Positions 1-13,679 of a DNA stretch of 64,000 nucleotides are shown here, in pieces (the stretch's first letter is position 1; each line of letters begins with the position of its first letter). The notes beneath the pieces were generated by a model that saw only the letters and a list, made by a program, of their open reading frames with translations, searched no databases and was not told where the DNA came from. The stretch lies in NCBI RefSeq assembly GCF_006345805.1, contig NC_043000.1, positions 144,832,001-144,896,000 of the forward strand, in the 5' to 3' direction. The position numbers and the translations under genes were made by a program. Source of the DNA: Octopus sinensis. Taxonomy: Eukaryota.

Positions 1-939
1 GGAACTATTGAGAATGCGAAATGGAATTTCAGAATCAAAGAAAGAATAAAATGGTACATTCACAAAAGAATAAGCACATAAGGAATTATTTCAAATGCAG
101 TGATAATATCCAACTTGTATTTGGTTAAATTTGTGAAGGAAATAAATATTCGATGAAGATTCGCAGAGAACGAAGAGTACTGGGAAAATTAGCAAAGGGT
201 CGAAAATTGACGTTCCAGAAGGAATGAAATAACAGACTAAATAGATATAAGAATATATATATATAAAAACAAAGATATGGTTTCTTTTTCAGTGAAATGT
301 TTTAGCGAGTGACAGGCGAGAAAATTTTTTTCTTGACACATGAAGAAGAGTGTTCAATTAATGAATAAGAGAATGGGCTGGATTAAATTGCGTGGCTAAC
401 GAAGCTTACCTATCACAATTAAAATAAACCTCAGGAGAATAGTCAAGACAGATAATCAATATGCTGTTAGTAAGAGATATTTAAATGCCATGACTGTTTG
501 AGGAGATGTATTTGTAATTGTAAGGGTGCGTATGATATGTGTCTGGCTCTACCCACACAAAAGGAGACACACATTGATGCGTATATGTCCATGCAGGCTC
601 ACGTGGATGTTTGAGTGTATGCGTGTATAGCTATGTGCGAGGATGTGTCTTTGAGAGGAAACTTGTATTTATTTTTATGTATGCCTTGGAGTACATTAGA
701 AATATGTTCATGCGAGTATATGTTTGATTATATCTCTCTTTTCTCTATTATCATTACACATTTCATCTGTTTATATGCATAGGTTTAAATGGAATATTTA
801 CGTGTTTCTATTTGGGGATTTGTGAGTGATATTTGTTTACTAGTTCTTCATTTATTTGCGTGTGATTTCAAATGCAAACAAGCTTCCCACTGGCAATGTT
901 TAATGTCTCACTCTCACTTCTTTGTCTCTAGATTTTAAT

Positions 940-947
940 GTTTATAA

Positions 948-1023
<76 letters not shown>

Positions 1024-1051
1024 TACATATATGTACATATATATACACATG

Positions 1052-1099
<48 letters not shown>

Positions 1100-1205
1100 T
1101 ATACATGTATATATACATATATATATATACGTGTATATATACATATATATACACACATACACACACATATATAGGTATATAGATAGATAGATAAATAGAT
1201 AGAAA
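940..1205. repeat. Compound (TA)n/(CA)n/(GATA)n microsatellite
   Basis: Directly visible dinucleotide and tetranucleotide runs; source of the poly-I/Y ORFs at 922-1295. Confidence 0.97.
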
Positions 1206-2172
1206 TAATATATATTTATATCCATTTATATTAGTGCATATGAAATACATGTTATATATGTTAAATCTATTTTCAAATGGAATTATTTTATACACTTTTC
1301 GATTTGTTTAGTGTCTTGCACTTATATCCTCTTATCAGCTGACTGATGTTCTATAAAAGATACAACCAAATGTAATATATAGTCATAATGTCCCCACTTT
1401 TCATAGTGACCTATCATAATCTGCAGAAGCCACAAAACTCTTGATCATGGCGAAACGGTGAAATCGAAGTCTAGAATCGTTGAAGAGATTTGTGACATTT
1501 AGTATTCTATGAAAACTCATTAAATTCACGCAGAATGGAAATGCGATCTATTTTTAATAGAATAGATTAAACTGTAGTCAATTAAACTGTAGACAAGACG
1601 ACACTTATACATTCATTACCTTTATTAATGAAACGTTTACTTCATGTATACATAAATATGGAAAGAAGGTTATTCCCACGCAGGGAAAAATAAATACGTT
1701 TTAAGGTTTGAAAATGCTTGTTGGAATCCGATTCCATATTGTGAAAGCTGAAGAGGCCAGTGCACTAAGACTAAAATAGATAAAAAAGAACTAGACACCA
1801 CGAGAGAAATTGTAAGAAAGACATTTTTCTTTCTCTTTTCTTTTTTCTCTTCTCCATATATTTTATATAATTCAATATGAGTATAACTTTCAGTAAGATA
1901 TATTGGTTGTGATCTATGCTGAACATTTACATTGATATTACTATCTATCCCTGTGAAACTCATTTCAAATTTCTCCGAACATTTGAACACTCAATGGTTT
2001 AAACCAATTTTTACATTGTAACTTTAAACTCTCCAACATCCCAGTTTAGTTTATAAATATCTGTTCTGTTGATGATAATCAAAAATTGTCGAATAAATCT
2101 ATTTAAAACCACTTTTTTCAGATTCAGGTTCATTTTTAAATACCAAAGCAACTTCGCATATACATATATATA

Positions 2173-3075
2173 CAAGGTGGATTCAAAAAGGTTCGAATCT
2201 CAGGGCATAAAAACATGTTTGTGCGTTTAACAAATTTCATTTAAATGAGATTAATCTCCTTCAAAATACTTCCTTTGGTGGTTCACACACTACTCCCAGA
2301 ATTTCGGCTGCGGCTGGTAACACAACTGGAATGCCTCTGGATTAGTATGCATTTCTCATAATTTCTTCTTCCCGTTAAAACTGCCTCCCTTTCAGCGTTG
2401 TTTTCTGTTTGAGGAAGAGCCAGGAGACACACAGAACTAAGTCGGGAGAGCAGAGGAACTGCCGAACAAATAGTGCGTTGTTCTCGACCAGCAAATCTGA
2501 GATTCCTACGTGCGTTAAACAAGTATCGGATGTTATTTTTCACTGATACTCCCTATTTGCACGATTCCTGCGTTAAGATAGAACCACCGATGCTGAGCTT
2601 CTTCTCACTACGAGAGTAATTCCCTACTCTATTACATGACACTCTTAGATGACTATTCGTCAAACTTTCTCAATAGGCTCTTCATATTTGGCTTGTGGCT
2701 CACCTACCCAAGTATGCCCCACTTTCCATTGACAACTGAACATGTCCGAAGCGGTTATACCACTACTTCATCAGAGCTTTGCCCTTGGGACCATAACCAA
2801 CTACCTGCTGAATTTTCTTAATAGTTTCCGCTTCGGTATCACCAAAATTCGATGCCATATCTCTGTTCAGTCACCATGAATGTAAAGAAAAATCCGATGA
2901 GTGAGAGTACACGTCAGTAACAGAGAGAACAGCCAGGAGGCGGAGCGGCCTAACAAAGCAAGACTTTTGACGCATGCGCAGGAGGTGTGTCATCACTATC
3001 TACCTTGAGAATTTTGCCCGCACTACATTAGATTTGCCGGCAAAAAATACAGTTGCATTTGAACGCACTTTTTAC
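2173..3075 (-). mobile_element. Decayed, internally deleted mariner transposon
   Basis: Left end TA|CAAGGTGGATTCAAAAAG resembles a mariner TIR. Minus-strand translation gives the transposase C-terminus EAFQLCYQPQPKFWE*CVNHQRKYFEGD* (~2270-2350) and an HTH-region remnant ETIKKIQQVVGYG..WYNRF (~2690-2840). Right TIR is degraded. Confidence 0.65.
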
Positions 3076-3213
3076 ACCTACGCACACACACACACACACA
3101 CACATATCCCCTCCATATATATATATATACATACATATATAGATATATATAGATATAGAGAGATATAGATATATAGATATATATACACGCATATATCTCT
3201 GTGTGTATGTCTG

Positions 3214-3251
<38 letters not shown>

Positions 3252-3708
3252 TACTTATGGGTTTAGCAACGATTTGCCTCACCACACACCGAATTTAGAA
3301 ATAGCATTCAAAGAGTTATGGCTATTCTTTCTACTTAAAAGGGAGATCCCAGTATAACCACAGCACTTAAAAGGCAAACAACGCAGGCAAATGAGAAAGA
3401 AATGACGACAATCATTCTATATTAAGTCACCTACGGACGTACGTTTCGAAATTATGTCATAGGAAAGCATAAAAATTAAATAATTATGTCTTACCCAACT
3501 ATTTCTCTCTTCAGCGTAGGACTCTTTAGTTATAAATAATTGTGTATTAAATTTTGAGGCACGAGAAGACATCACCTCAACTCATGGTATCAGAGCGAGC
3601 GTAAGCCATTACCAGTACCACCAAATTCAAAGGGTGAATGAAATGCCGAAATCTACTTGGTGAAATTAATGATTATTACAATTAATTAATTTCACCCTAT
3701 ATTATTAT

Positions 3709-3748
<40 letters not shown>

Positions 3749-3829
3749 TATATATATGTATATACACACACACACACACATTATATATATATATATATAT
3801 ATTTAAATATTTGTTGTGCAACAATTTTT

Positions 3830-4110
3830 TTATGTGAAGTCGTGTGTTGAAACAGATATTGTTATATTTCGGAATGGTCATATTGCCAGTTTAGCCAAGA
3901 AAAACACACGCACTATATATTTTGTGTTATTTTGCTTCAGTGTTATTTATTTTCTACATTAATCTTAATCTTATTTCGGCCAGAGTTCTTTCGTCACACT
4001 CCTGTGACCGCATCAGTGGTCCTTTGTTTTCTTCTTTCTTATTTGTGTCTCTCCTTACTAACCGTCAGCCATTTTGTATTTTATTGTATGTTTTCATTTG
4101 CGCATGCTTA
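3830..4110 (-). mobile_element. Penelope-like pseudo-LTR remnant with hammerhead-like motif
   Basis: Minus strand 3989-4016 reads CTGATGCG-GTCAC-AGGAGT-GTGAC-GAAA followed by GAACTC|TGG, which can pair with the CCA preceding CTGA. It lies beside a GIY-YIG remnant at 4452-4568. Boundaries approximate. Confidence 0.5.
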
Positions 4111-4351
4111 TATCTCTATGTGCGTCTATGTTAATTTAGTGTGTGTATGTGGGGGGATGCCTGTAATATTTGTATCTTCTGTTTATATACGTTCATGTAA
4201 TTTGTATTTTGTTTTTGTTGTTGTTTGTTTTTGTTTATTCTTATTTTGTTCATATGTTTACATCCACTTATTATTATCATTACATATGCTTGTATGTATG
4301 TATGTATAACAACAATACTAGTAATAACAATAATAAATCGAATCGAAAAAA

Positions 4352-4641
4352 ATATATATATAGTTATTTATTTCTATTTGTTTATTTATCTGTGTATTTA
4401 TTATGTTTTCAGGATCCATTATATTTTAACATATAAATTAAAATATTGTCCACACATAGAACAGATGCAACAATTAGACAACTTACAGAAGCTACACACA
4501 TAATAGAAAATAAACCTAGCCTGAATAGAAAACTAGAATGGAGCGCTAGCACACACCACAACATATGACGATAGAGGATCCTGAAAACATAATAAATACA
4601 CAGATACATAAACAAATAGAAATAAATAACTATATATATAT
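4352..4641 (+). mobile_element. 5'-truncated Penelope-like element with inverted terminal duplication
   Basis: ~66-bp inverted repeats (4352-4417 and 4576-4641) enclose an open frame THRTDATIRQLTEATHIIENKPSLNRKLEWSAS..* (4452-4568) resembling the C-terminus of a PLE GIY-YIG endonuclease. Confidence 0.65.
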
Positions 4642-5189
4642 ATACATATAAGAAGGTGAATGAATTATCCTAGTATGGATAATTCGGTTAACCGATACCT
4701 GGGTAGCAAATGCACGTCAGAAAACACGGTTGAAGCTATATGCCAAGGGCATATTTAAAAACACCACAAAAAATAATGCTATCAACAAAAAAAAATGATT
4801 ACGTACGAACACAGATCAGTTAGTCTTAAGAATCTACGGTACGAGCAATGTTTATATACAGAGAACTCGGTGACGGTATTAGCTCAAAAATTGACCCTAA
4901 ACACACACATCCATCCCCTGAAGTCAACGTCGACGCTCGTCATGCCGCAATGATAATAAAGCAAATTATAAACCAGATTAGTCGTAGAACAGATCACAAA
5001 GGACAACGTAATCGATATAGATCTGTTAGCCTTAAGAAGCTACATTACAAACAATGTTTACAAGCAGAGAACACTACATAGAGAGATCCGTCCCCTAATG
5101 TCAATGTCGAAGCTCGTCATGCATCACTGTTAACAAAGCAAAATACAAACGGGAATGGTTATCGACCGGATTACGAAAGTCCACGTACA

Positions 5190-5800
5190 CGAATGAGAAA
5201 CCATGCCAAGATATTAAATAACGGCAGCTCCCCGATATGTTGTGATTGTCAACCAGAAAATGACCATGTTGCCTCTATGTGCAGGTTTCTTGCACCTACA
5301 GATCATCTCAGTAGGCATGATAGAGCTGTACAATATATTCACCGAGTAATTTGCAAAAACCTGGACTTGCCCCATTATAAAAACTGGTGGGAACGCAAAT
5401 CACCCCCAGTGCTTGACAATGATCATATCTCACTCTTCTGAAACTTCACCATTCAAATAGACAGCAAGATATAAGTAAATAGGCCAGACATCATATTGAA
5501 AGACTTCAGAGAAAAATAATCATGCCACCTCAATGATATGACTGGCAGAGAGCTGGCAGAAACGTCAGCACGTAGGGCGAAATGCGTAGCCGTATTTCGT
5601 CTGCCGTTACGTCGTGAGTTCAAATTCCGCCGAGGTCGACTTTGCCTTTCATCCTTTCGGGGTTGATTAAATAAGTACCAGTTATGCACTGGGGTCGATG
5701 TTATCGACTTAATCCGTTTGTCTGTCCTTGTTTGTCACCTCTGTGTTTAGCCCCTTGTGGTTAGTAAAGAAACAGATGTGACTGTGCCAAACGTTGCAGA
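5190..5800 (+). mobile_element. Decayed R4/Dong-like retrotransposon fragment (CCHC + RLE), interrupted by a SINE
   Basis: CCDCQPENDHVASMC (zinc-knuckle relic), RHDRAVQYIHRVIC, VNRPDIILKDF and DVTVP motifs; SINE inserted at 5545-5774. Confidence 0.8.
5545..5774 (+). mobile_element. tRNA-derived SINE family 1 (GAGCTGGCAGAAACG head), single copy
   Basis: A-box-like TGGCAGAAACGT and B-box GAGTTCAAATTCC; 10-bp TSD GATATGACTG (5535-5544) / GATGTGACTG (5775-5784); homologous to copies at 14.4, 20.8, 24.7 and 52.1 kb. Confidence 0.9.
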
Positions 5801-6135
5801 TGGAGGTGGCATGGACATATTAGTAACTTATAATTAAAGGTGTGTTAAAGTAATTTCTTTGTCTTCATGACGTTATAACCATCATGAAATTCGGACTTTC
5901 TACATCAGAAGCATCCCGGCTTTGGCTTAGATCCCGATAGTGTTGATAGCCCAATATACGGGTTGTTTGCTTCCCTGAAAACACCCCAAATTCACTGGCG
6001 ATATATATGTATATGTGTGTGTGTGTGCGTGTGTGTGTGTGCGTGTGTGTATGTGTGTGTATGCTTATTTGTGCGTGTCCGTGTGTGTGTGTTTGTCTGT
6101 TTGTTTGTGTATGTACTTTCATCTATGTATTTATG

Positions 6136-6168
<33 letters not shown>

Positions 6169-8984
6169 CTCTATATATAATTGTTAAGATATCTGCTTTC
6201 TGTTTCTCTCTCTCTCTCTCTTCCTGTGTTTCCCACTCTACCTATTCACATACTAATATCTATATACATCAATATATAAGTGTTGTGGAGCGCGCGTATA
6301 GATAATACTTCAAGCATGTGTGTGTCTATGTGCGTTTATCTGTGTGTATGTGAGTGTGTGTTTGTATCAGTAATGGATTTAAGATCAATATTATCTTTAG
6401 AGCAATGTATTCTTTATTATGTTATTAAAGAACACATTATTCATGATGTTTTTAAATGGAAGGAAATGACAAAAATGCTACGATATGAAATTTATTCTTT
6501 TATACTTGAATACAAGCTAAACATTATAAACGTAAAAATAAAATAATATTACAGCAATAAATTTTCTATTCAGCAATTTAATATATATATATACTTTTTC
6601 ACTTCTTCCATAGTTTTCAATGGAAATTCTTTGTATCATGTATGTTGCTTGTATTTTAGCGACAGAATATACACAAACACAAACTCATATACAAATACAA
6701 AAGTGGACGTTAAAATGGCATATAGGAAAATACGAATATATGAGAAATATTTAGAAAATTTACATCACGAGTATACACTGAAACATAATAGATATAGTTT
6801 TTAAATATGCGAAAATATACAAATTACTTAAACCAACAACTAATAATATATTCAAGTAATTATCAATGAAACACGAATTGATTTTATTATTAGTTTTGCA
6901 CAAATACAAAAACAGTTTATATTTGAATAATTCGTAAGAGGTACTAAGTTGGTTTCCATACACAATCTGTCATTATTTTTCGTTTCTCTCCTGATAAATA
7001 TCTAAATATTGAAATTAACTAATTATTCATAAACAAGTATATCATTTAAAATTCTCCTGATAATATGTGATGTCAAAATATAAAGTGATTTATTGATAAA
7101 ATTATAGAGTTGTATTTAATACATATTCGGTGATCCAATCATCACACTATATTGAGAAAGAATTCGCTTTTATTTTATAGTCTTCTAAATTTGTTTCTAA
7201 TATATCTTCGTGATTTCATTTCTTTATATACATAACAGGTGCGTAGTTAAAATCCTCAATCGCAGTAGTGTTACACATTGAGCAGGTTGAATATTCAGTA
7301 ATTTCGAATAGATGTATCTAGTATACGGAATTGTACACGTAAAACTGTTATGTAGCCTTATGAAACAGGACATTCACATGTATCCACATACATCTACACA
7401 CATAAAAAGTAGTACTCTGGCATGGATAAATATGTTCGCGCGCGCACACTCACACACACATATATACACACATATACATACATACATATACATACATACA
7501 TACATACATAAGAAGAGATGAGGGGGTAGATATAAGAGATCAATGTGTAGATAGCCTTCAAATGTCGGGTAGTCTTTTTATAGACAGCACTTCATAAACA
7601 ACAGCTGCACAAACGAATAAATTAACTTAGAGCTGAAAAGTGAAGTGAAAATATTCTACACGTTGGCAACGACGTCCTCAGGAAGTACTCTTTCTGATGA
7701 CCTCCCATACAACCCCAAATCAGCCGGTCTGACATACCTCAAAGAGGACTTCGCTGTGAAATGCTCAGCATACCAAATCAAGTTTATGCATGACTGTTTC
7801 AGAAAGACATATCTCTGTGTGTTTGAGTATATCTGCCTGGCACTAACCGTTTAAAACTGTGCCACAACGGTTAACTTCCATGACAAGAACAAAAGTAAAA
7901 TAGGTTGGATACTTGCCTAACGTAGCTACATGATATGTTGGGAACCAAACAAACTTGAAGTCGGTGCGAAGCATAAGCTCACACCCAGTTTTGAAGGTTT
8001 AAAGATTAACGTTATACTAATACATCTGTTTGTTGTCTACACCACTTGTCTTCGTCTTTTGCTTTTTGTATTTGTGAATTCTCCCCATATATGTAGTCTG
8101 ACAGATGATTTTACGTATACATACCTACATGTAGATATGGATGCATGTATAGAGCCAGAAAAATAAAAGGTTAGAGAGAGAGAATGGCAACTGAAATTGA
8201 CATGGCCGTAAGCGATAGTGAACTTGGATGAACCTAGCTGTGGCAAGCAATGTAACCTTTTCTTTGTCTTGCAATGTATCTGAGATCTTAGATTTCATCC
8301 CGCAGTAAAACAGATTCAATTGTTGGATACACATACATCTGACTTCTGTTGTATGAAAGCTATATGATTAAACAACTCTGCAGTATTCTCGACGAAGTTT
8401 ACACAGCAGAGCTCCAGAAAGCTGAATTGACTCATAAGTTTGATACGATTGAACCCATGTATGTTATTATTTCTGTAATAATATTATGCGACATGAACTT
8501 GTCTTAATATTAGATGGCTAAAAAGAAAAACAAAATATTAGATGGCTAACTTTGCACCCAAATATAGGCCCTTCAGACATCCAATCGAAAGTAAAAATTG
8601 GATTAAAAGGACTTCCATCTAAAATATATTTTGCACAATGAATTCGCTAATTTCGATATTCCCAAGGCCTTCTTTAATATAAACCGTGCATTCCTGGTGG
8701 TATTGGCTTGGAAGTTAATATTGTGCAACAGATATCACTTTCCAACATGAAAATTGTGGTTGGACAGAGAGTAAGCAGCGCGTAATTCATTCACCGGTGT
8801 TGCTGACATCTATACGGTTTGTAATGAAGTGATTTTCCCTGAAACAAAAGCCACAAGATTCTGCTTTCAGCACTATATATACATTAAATTAGATGCACAG
8901 TTAGCGATTTAGATTTAATTCCATTTCAGTTAAGCTCACGGACTTCATATATATGTAAGTATGTGTGTGTGTGTGTGCACAAAT

Positions 8985-9098
8985 ATTTAGATAGATAGAT
9001 ATAGCTAGATAAATAGATAATTAGATAGACAGATACATAGATAGATTGATAGATATATAGATAAATATGTAGACTGATTGATAGATAGATAGATAGAC

Positions 9099-9170
<72 letters not shown>

Positions 9171-9175
9171 GGATA
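8985..9175. repeat. (GATA)n microsatellite
   Basis: Direct observation. Confidence 0.97.
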
Positions 9176-10905
9176 TATCAACAGTCAAACAGACAGATTG
9201 ATTCATGCATAATTCATACAAATATGAATGCAAGCATAAATATAGGTATATGTATTATATCTGCGCACAAATAAATTTATATGGCAAAAGGTTGATAATG
9301 ACTTCGAATTTAGTGCTGTTTGTGGTTGAGCTTTCGTAAACGTTTGTGATAGTGGAACATAAAGATATATTGACATTTTGTTTTTTTAATTACATCGAAA
9401 AAGTACAAGGCTTAAAATGTTCCTTTCACAATGCAATCTACATTAATAAACCCAGCAATATTCTGTTGACTGAATAAATTACACAGCGATGAACTTAAGT
9501 AACTTTTCGCCATATTTGAAGGCTGAAATTTTCTCCTTTTGGGGTTTCTACTCGTGACTTAATGCAAATATTTATGTATACCTACTGTGTATATTGTCGT
9601 AATATATATATAAATCTTAATATGGTGTACATTCTCAATCGCATATTTTTGATTTTATTCACACCCTTTTTTCCCTTGGAATCACTAATCCCTTAACAAT
9701 TTGGCTATTTCCCCTGATAACAAGTTTTGTTTCATCCAAACAAACAGATTTAAATTTTACGAAAAGATAAGAAATCAATATCTTAATGTTAATGTTTTAA
9801 AAAATCAATATTACTTTTATAAAATTGCTACTTAATTTTTCAGATTATTTAGTTTGAACAAGAGAAAACAGTATGTATTTCAATAAATAGAGATCATTTA
9901 GAATATTCAGACTACAATAGCGTTTATAAAAATATTAGAATTCAAAATTATTTGAAATAAGTAACGTCAGCATTATTCGAAAACAATTTTGCAAAAGAAA
10001 TCTCGTTTATCATTAGCTTAATGTCAATTTATTTCTACATTATATTTTCTATATTTCATATATTTGAAAATTAGTAAAAAAATATGAGTGTATTGTTCAT
10101 TTTCTACCTACTTATGGAATATTTCCTTGCATATATGTGTGTGTGTTTATGAGCGTGTATTTGAGCGCATGTGAGTGCGTGAGTGGATATCTTGCATTCT
10201 TCATGTTGTATCAGTTTTTGTTGAGATCATACGTTTATAAAAAGTATAGTTCGCTTTTCTTTTCACAAAATAAATTCTGTATTGTGTATATATTTAAATG
10301 GTAATTCATATATTTCATACAAGGAACCAATTAATACTAACATTGAAAGATAACGACAGAGACACAGCACTGAGCACTAATTCATTCGGTAATACTTTCT
10401 TTCGCTGCGATCATAAACTAGTTAAGTCATCATTGTTGAAAAGAAAACAAAATTATTGTTAGGGATTAATTCTAATTATCAATAAAGCAATAAGGAATTT
10501 TTTAGCGAATTAATATAATAATGTCTTAATATCGTCTTGTAGACTATGGATTTAATTTAATGATAACAGTTATGCAAATGCACATGATTTAACAAATACA
10601 CCGGTACAGAATGTTCTCACCAAATTTTTTCTTATATGCTAACGTAATATTAGAGGAAAAAATATCATTAGCTTACATATTCATTTGCTGATTTCTAATC
10701 TTCTTACATATTGGCATATATGCAAATCATGCATTAATTTTTGGATATATACTTTATCTGTTATTTATGTTTTGGTTTGTGTCTATCATTGTTTGAATTG
10801 GATAATAGTTGTTTTATCTCTAATTTATAATTTACATATCTATATTGTGAAATTTGATTTAATACTAAATTGAATTTTTCCCTCTAAGTTTGGAGTTCTA
10901 CTCCC

Positions 10906-10946
10906 TATTATTATTATCATTATCATTAGTATTAATATTATTATTA

Positions 10947-10999
<53 letters not shown>

Positions 11000-11060
11000 G
11001 TTGTTGTTGTTGTTGTTATATATGTGTGTGTGTGTATGTGTGTTTGTTTCTTTGTTTCTT
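10906..11060. repeat. (ATT)n-(GTT)n-(GT)n compound microsatellite
   Basis: Direct observation; a TAA tract with no adjacent R4 insertion. Confidence 0.95.
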
Positions 11061-11884
11061 TGTGTGTGTAAAGTAAACAGAAAATGGAAAAATATTGTTC
11101 AACAACAATTGACTTACATCGATTATTATTTTTTAATTCAATATAAATAGATTACCTGCCATCTAACAGTTGTCTCGGCTTCCAATGTTATATGGTATTG
11201 GCATTGATATGCTAAGAATAATATTCATTATATTTGGTAATAAAACCGATCTGGAACATGGAGCTTCATCAGAATGAAGTAAAATACATACATAACAGAA
11301 AAAAGAACAGCCTAGAGAGGAAAAGGAATGGCTGAATATGTTTGTTTAAATCATATCACTTTCCGTATGCGTCTCTTTGTCACGTTGAGTAAATGACTAA
11401 ACTTAAGATAGTAAATGGTGGGTTAATTTCTTCTATGGAAGTTATAGGGTGGATAAGTAATAAGAAAGTAAAAATACAAAAAATTAAAAATAACGGGATG
11501 AGGCAACATGTTTAGTCATAGAGGGAGTGAAGGTACCATAAAGCTTTGAAGCAAACATAACAGTTTTTAATAACAGTGTTTATAATACTAATTAATAATT
11601 TCTACCATAATAAAGAGTCCAACAGTTTATTTCAATTATTTGCTTGCTAATATGTGGTAAAGTCCAACCGCCTATTCCCGTCATGAGATTTATGAAGGTC
11701 CAGCGGTCGATATAATTGATCAGTTAAATTTTAAAACATTCTGTAAATCAGTCATATGAAAAAGTATACGTATAAATCCCTAAATTAATTAAATGATTAC
11801 TATTTAATTACTTGCCAATCAATAATATTAAAACGCTAACTTTTTAAATTTTTGTACGTATCTATTGTTTGCGTCACACTTTCT

Positions 11885-12373
11885 TTAAAGATATGGCAAA
11901 GCGAGAGAGAGAGAGAGTGAGAGAGAGAGAGTACAAAGAGGAAGTAAGAGAAAAAGAGAGACAGTGCAGTGAGAGAGAGTGAGAGAGAAAGTGGGTGGTG
12001 ACAGCGTTCGTTTTATGTGTTTGAAATGCTTCAGAGAGGACGTAAGAGAGAAAGAAAATGAGTGAGAGAGTGAGTGAGAGAGTGAGAAAGAGAGAGAGAG
12101 AGAGTGAAAAAGAGAGAGTGAGAGGTGACGGATTTCGTTTTGTATATTGAAATGTTTCAGAGATGACGTAAGAGAGAAACAGAGAGAGAGAGAGAGAGAG
12201 AAAGAGAGAACGTGAGAGATGAAGAGTGAGAGTGAGAGAGAGGCAGAGAGAAAGTGAGTGAGAAAGAGAGAGAGTGAGAGAGACAGAGAGAAAGTGAGAG
12301 AGAAAGAGAGAGGGTGAGAGAGACAGTGAGTGGTGACGTTCGTTTTGTGTTTTTTAAATATTCCAGAGAGGAC

Positions 12374-12415
<42 letters not shown>

Positions 12416-12870
12416 AAGTGAAAGAGATCATCTTATAGATCATCTTAGAAGGCACTTTCATCTAGTCAAAGGATTTTCTGAAAAAATATCAGACAACACA
12501 GCATTTCATATGACATCGTTAGGTGCATCTGAGGAGATAGTTGAACATGGATTTACAACGACGTTCAAAGTTGAAGGGCAAGTCTTTTACCTCATTGGTT
12601 CCCTGTTACCTACAAATGGACAACCACAGTTCCTCCAAATTTACTTTATGAGCGATGCAGGATAACAAATCCGAAGAGGGTGTCAAAACTTCAAACGATG
12701 GGTCATGTTAGACGCAAAGCCGCCTGCGCAAAGATATGGCAAAGCGAGGGAGAGAGAGAGAGTACAGAGAGGAAGTAAGAGAGAAAGAGAGAGAGAAAGT
12801 ATGTGTGTGAGAGAGAGTGAGAAAGAGAGTGGGTGGTGACGGCGTTCGTTTTGTGTGTTTGAAATCCCAT
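11885..12870 (+). repeat. Minisatellite: ~60-bp conserved motif separated by GA-rich spacers
   Basis: Motif GGTGAC..TTCGTTTT..TGAAAT..CAGAGAGGACGTAAGAGAG recurs at ~11995, 12122, 12329 and (partially) 12832; AAAGATATGGCAAAGCGAG occurs at 11888 and 12731. Confidence 0.85.
12465..12700 (+). pseudogene. Helitron Rep/helicase N-terminal fragment
   Basis: Translation ..AFHMTSLGA..GFTTTFKVEGQVFYLIGSLLPTNGQPQFLQIYFMSDA matches my recollection of the Helitron motif FQMTSFGA..FKIQGQVYHRIGSLLP..P.FLQIYF; contains a frameshift and a stop. Confidence 0.85.
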
Positions 12871-13084
12871 AGTATGACCACCATCAATTTTCCATAACTG
12901 GTTACTGCCTGGAATACCCCAAAAGGACGAGTCACAAGTCCTTAATAGAATTAGCCCATAATTTACTCCACAAATGGTTTGTCATCAATGCTGCACTTTT
13001 CCTTATCACCTGTTTCAACATAACTGTAATGTATATATATATATATACAAACTATGCCATTTTAATTCCGCGCGTCTCTGCTAC

Positions 13085-13091
13085 TATATAT

Positions 13092-13184
<93 letters not shown>

Positions 13185-13325
13185 GATATACATACACATA
13201 CATATATAAAACATGTATACATACAAACATACATACAAACATACATACATACATACATACATACATACATACATACATACATACATACATACATACATAC
13301 ATACATACATGCATACATACATATG
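13085..13325. repeat. (GATA)n + (CATA)n microsatellite
   Basis: Direct observation. Confidence 0.97.
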
Positions 13326-13679
13326 CAGCAGTGTGCGCGGCAAGCGGTTTTTAGGCATAAAGGAACTTTAGCTTAGTTAAAGTATGTTTTTGACATATTT
13401 CAACTATTAAAGGCAAATTCACTGCAGTTATCGCGAAGAAAGAATTCTTTCTTAAGGGGAAAACAGTGTGTTTGTCATATATCTAAATACGTGGCATATA
13501 TGCATTTTCTTTACATGAATGTCTCATCACATATCATGTTACGATATATAGATTGCGTCCACACCTACTCTGCAACCAGTAAAGAAATATCGGGTCAGAG
13601 GCTCTTCCAATTCCTCTGATTACTAATACATTTTTCATAAAATTCTTTAATATAGAAAATATGTTTAAATACATAAGAA

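Noticed and set aside
1670-1990. 106-aa minus-strand ORF
   Set aside because: Begins right after a stop, includes a low-complexity purine run and has no recognisable motif; at most a short unsupported exon.
7600-8900. Possible small exons on either strand (e.g. ENHFITNRIDVSNT, DGSPFNPIFTFDWMSEGPIFGCK, YMIKQLCSILDEVY..)
   Set aside because: Plausible splice sites occur on both strands, frames are short, phases are not consistent and no family is recognisable.
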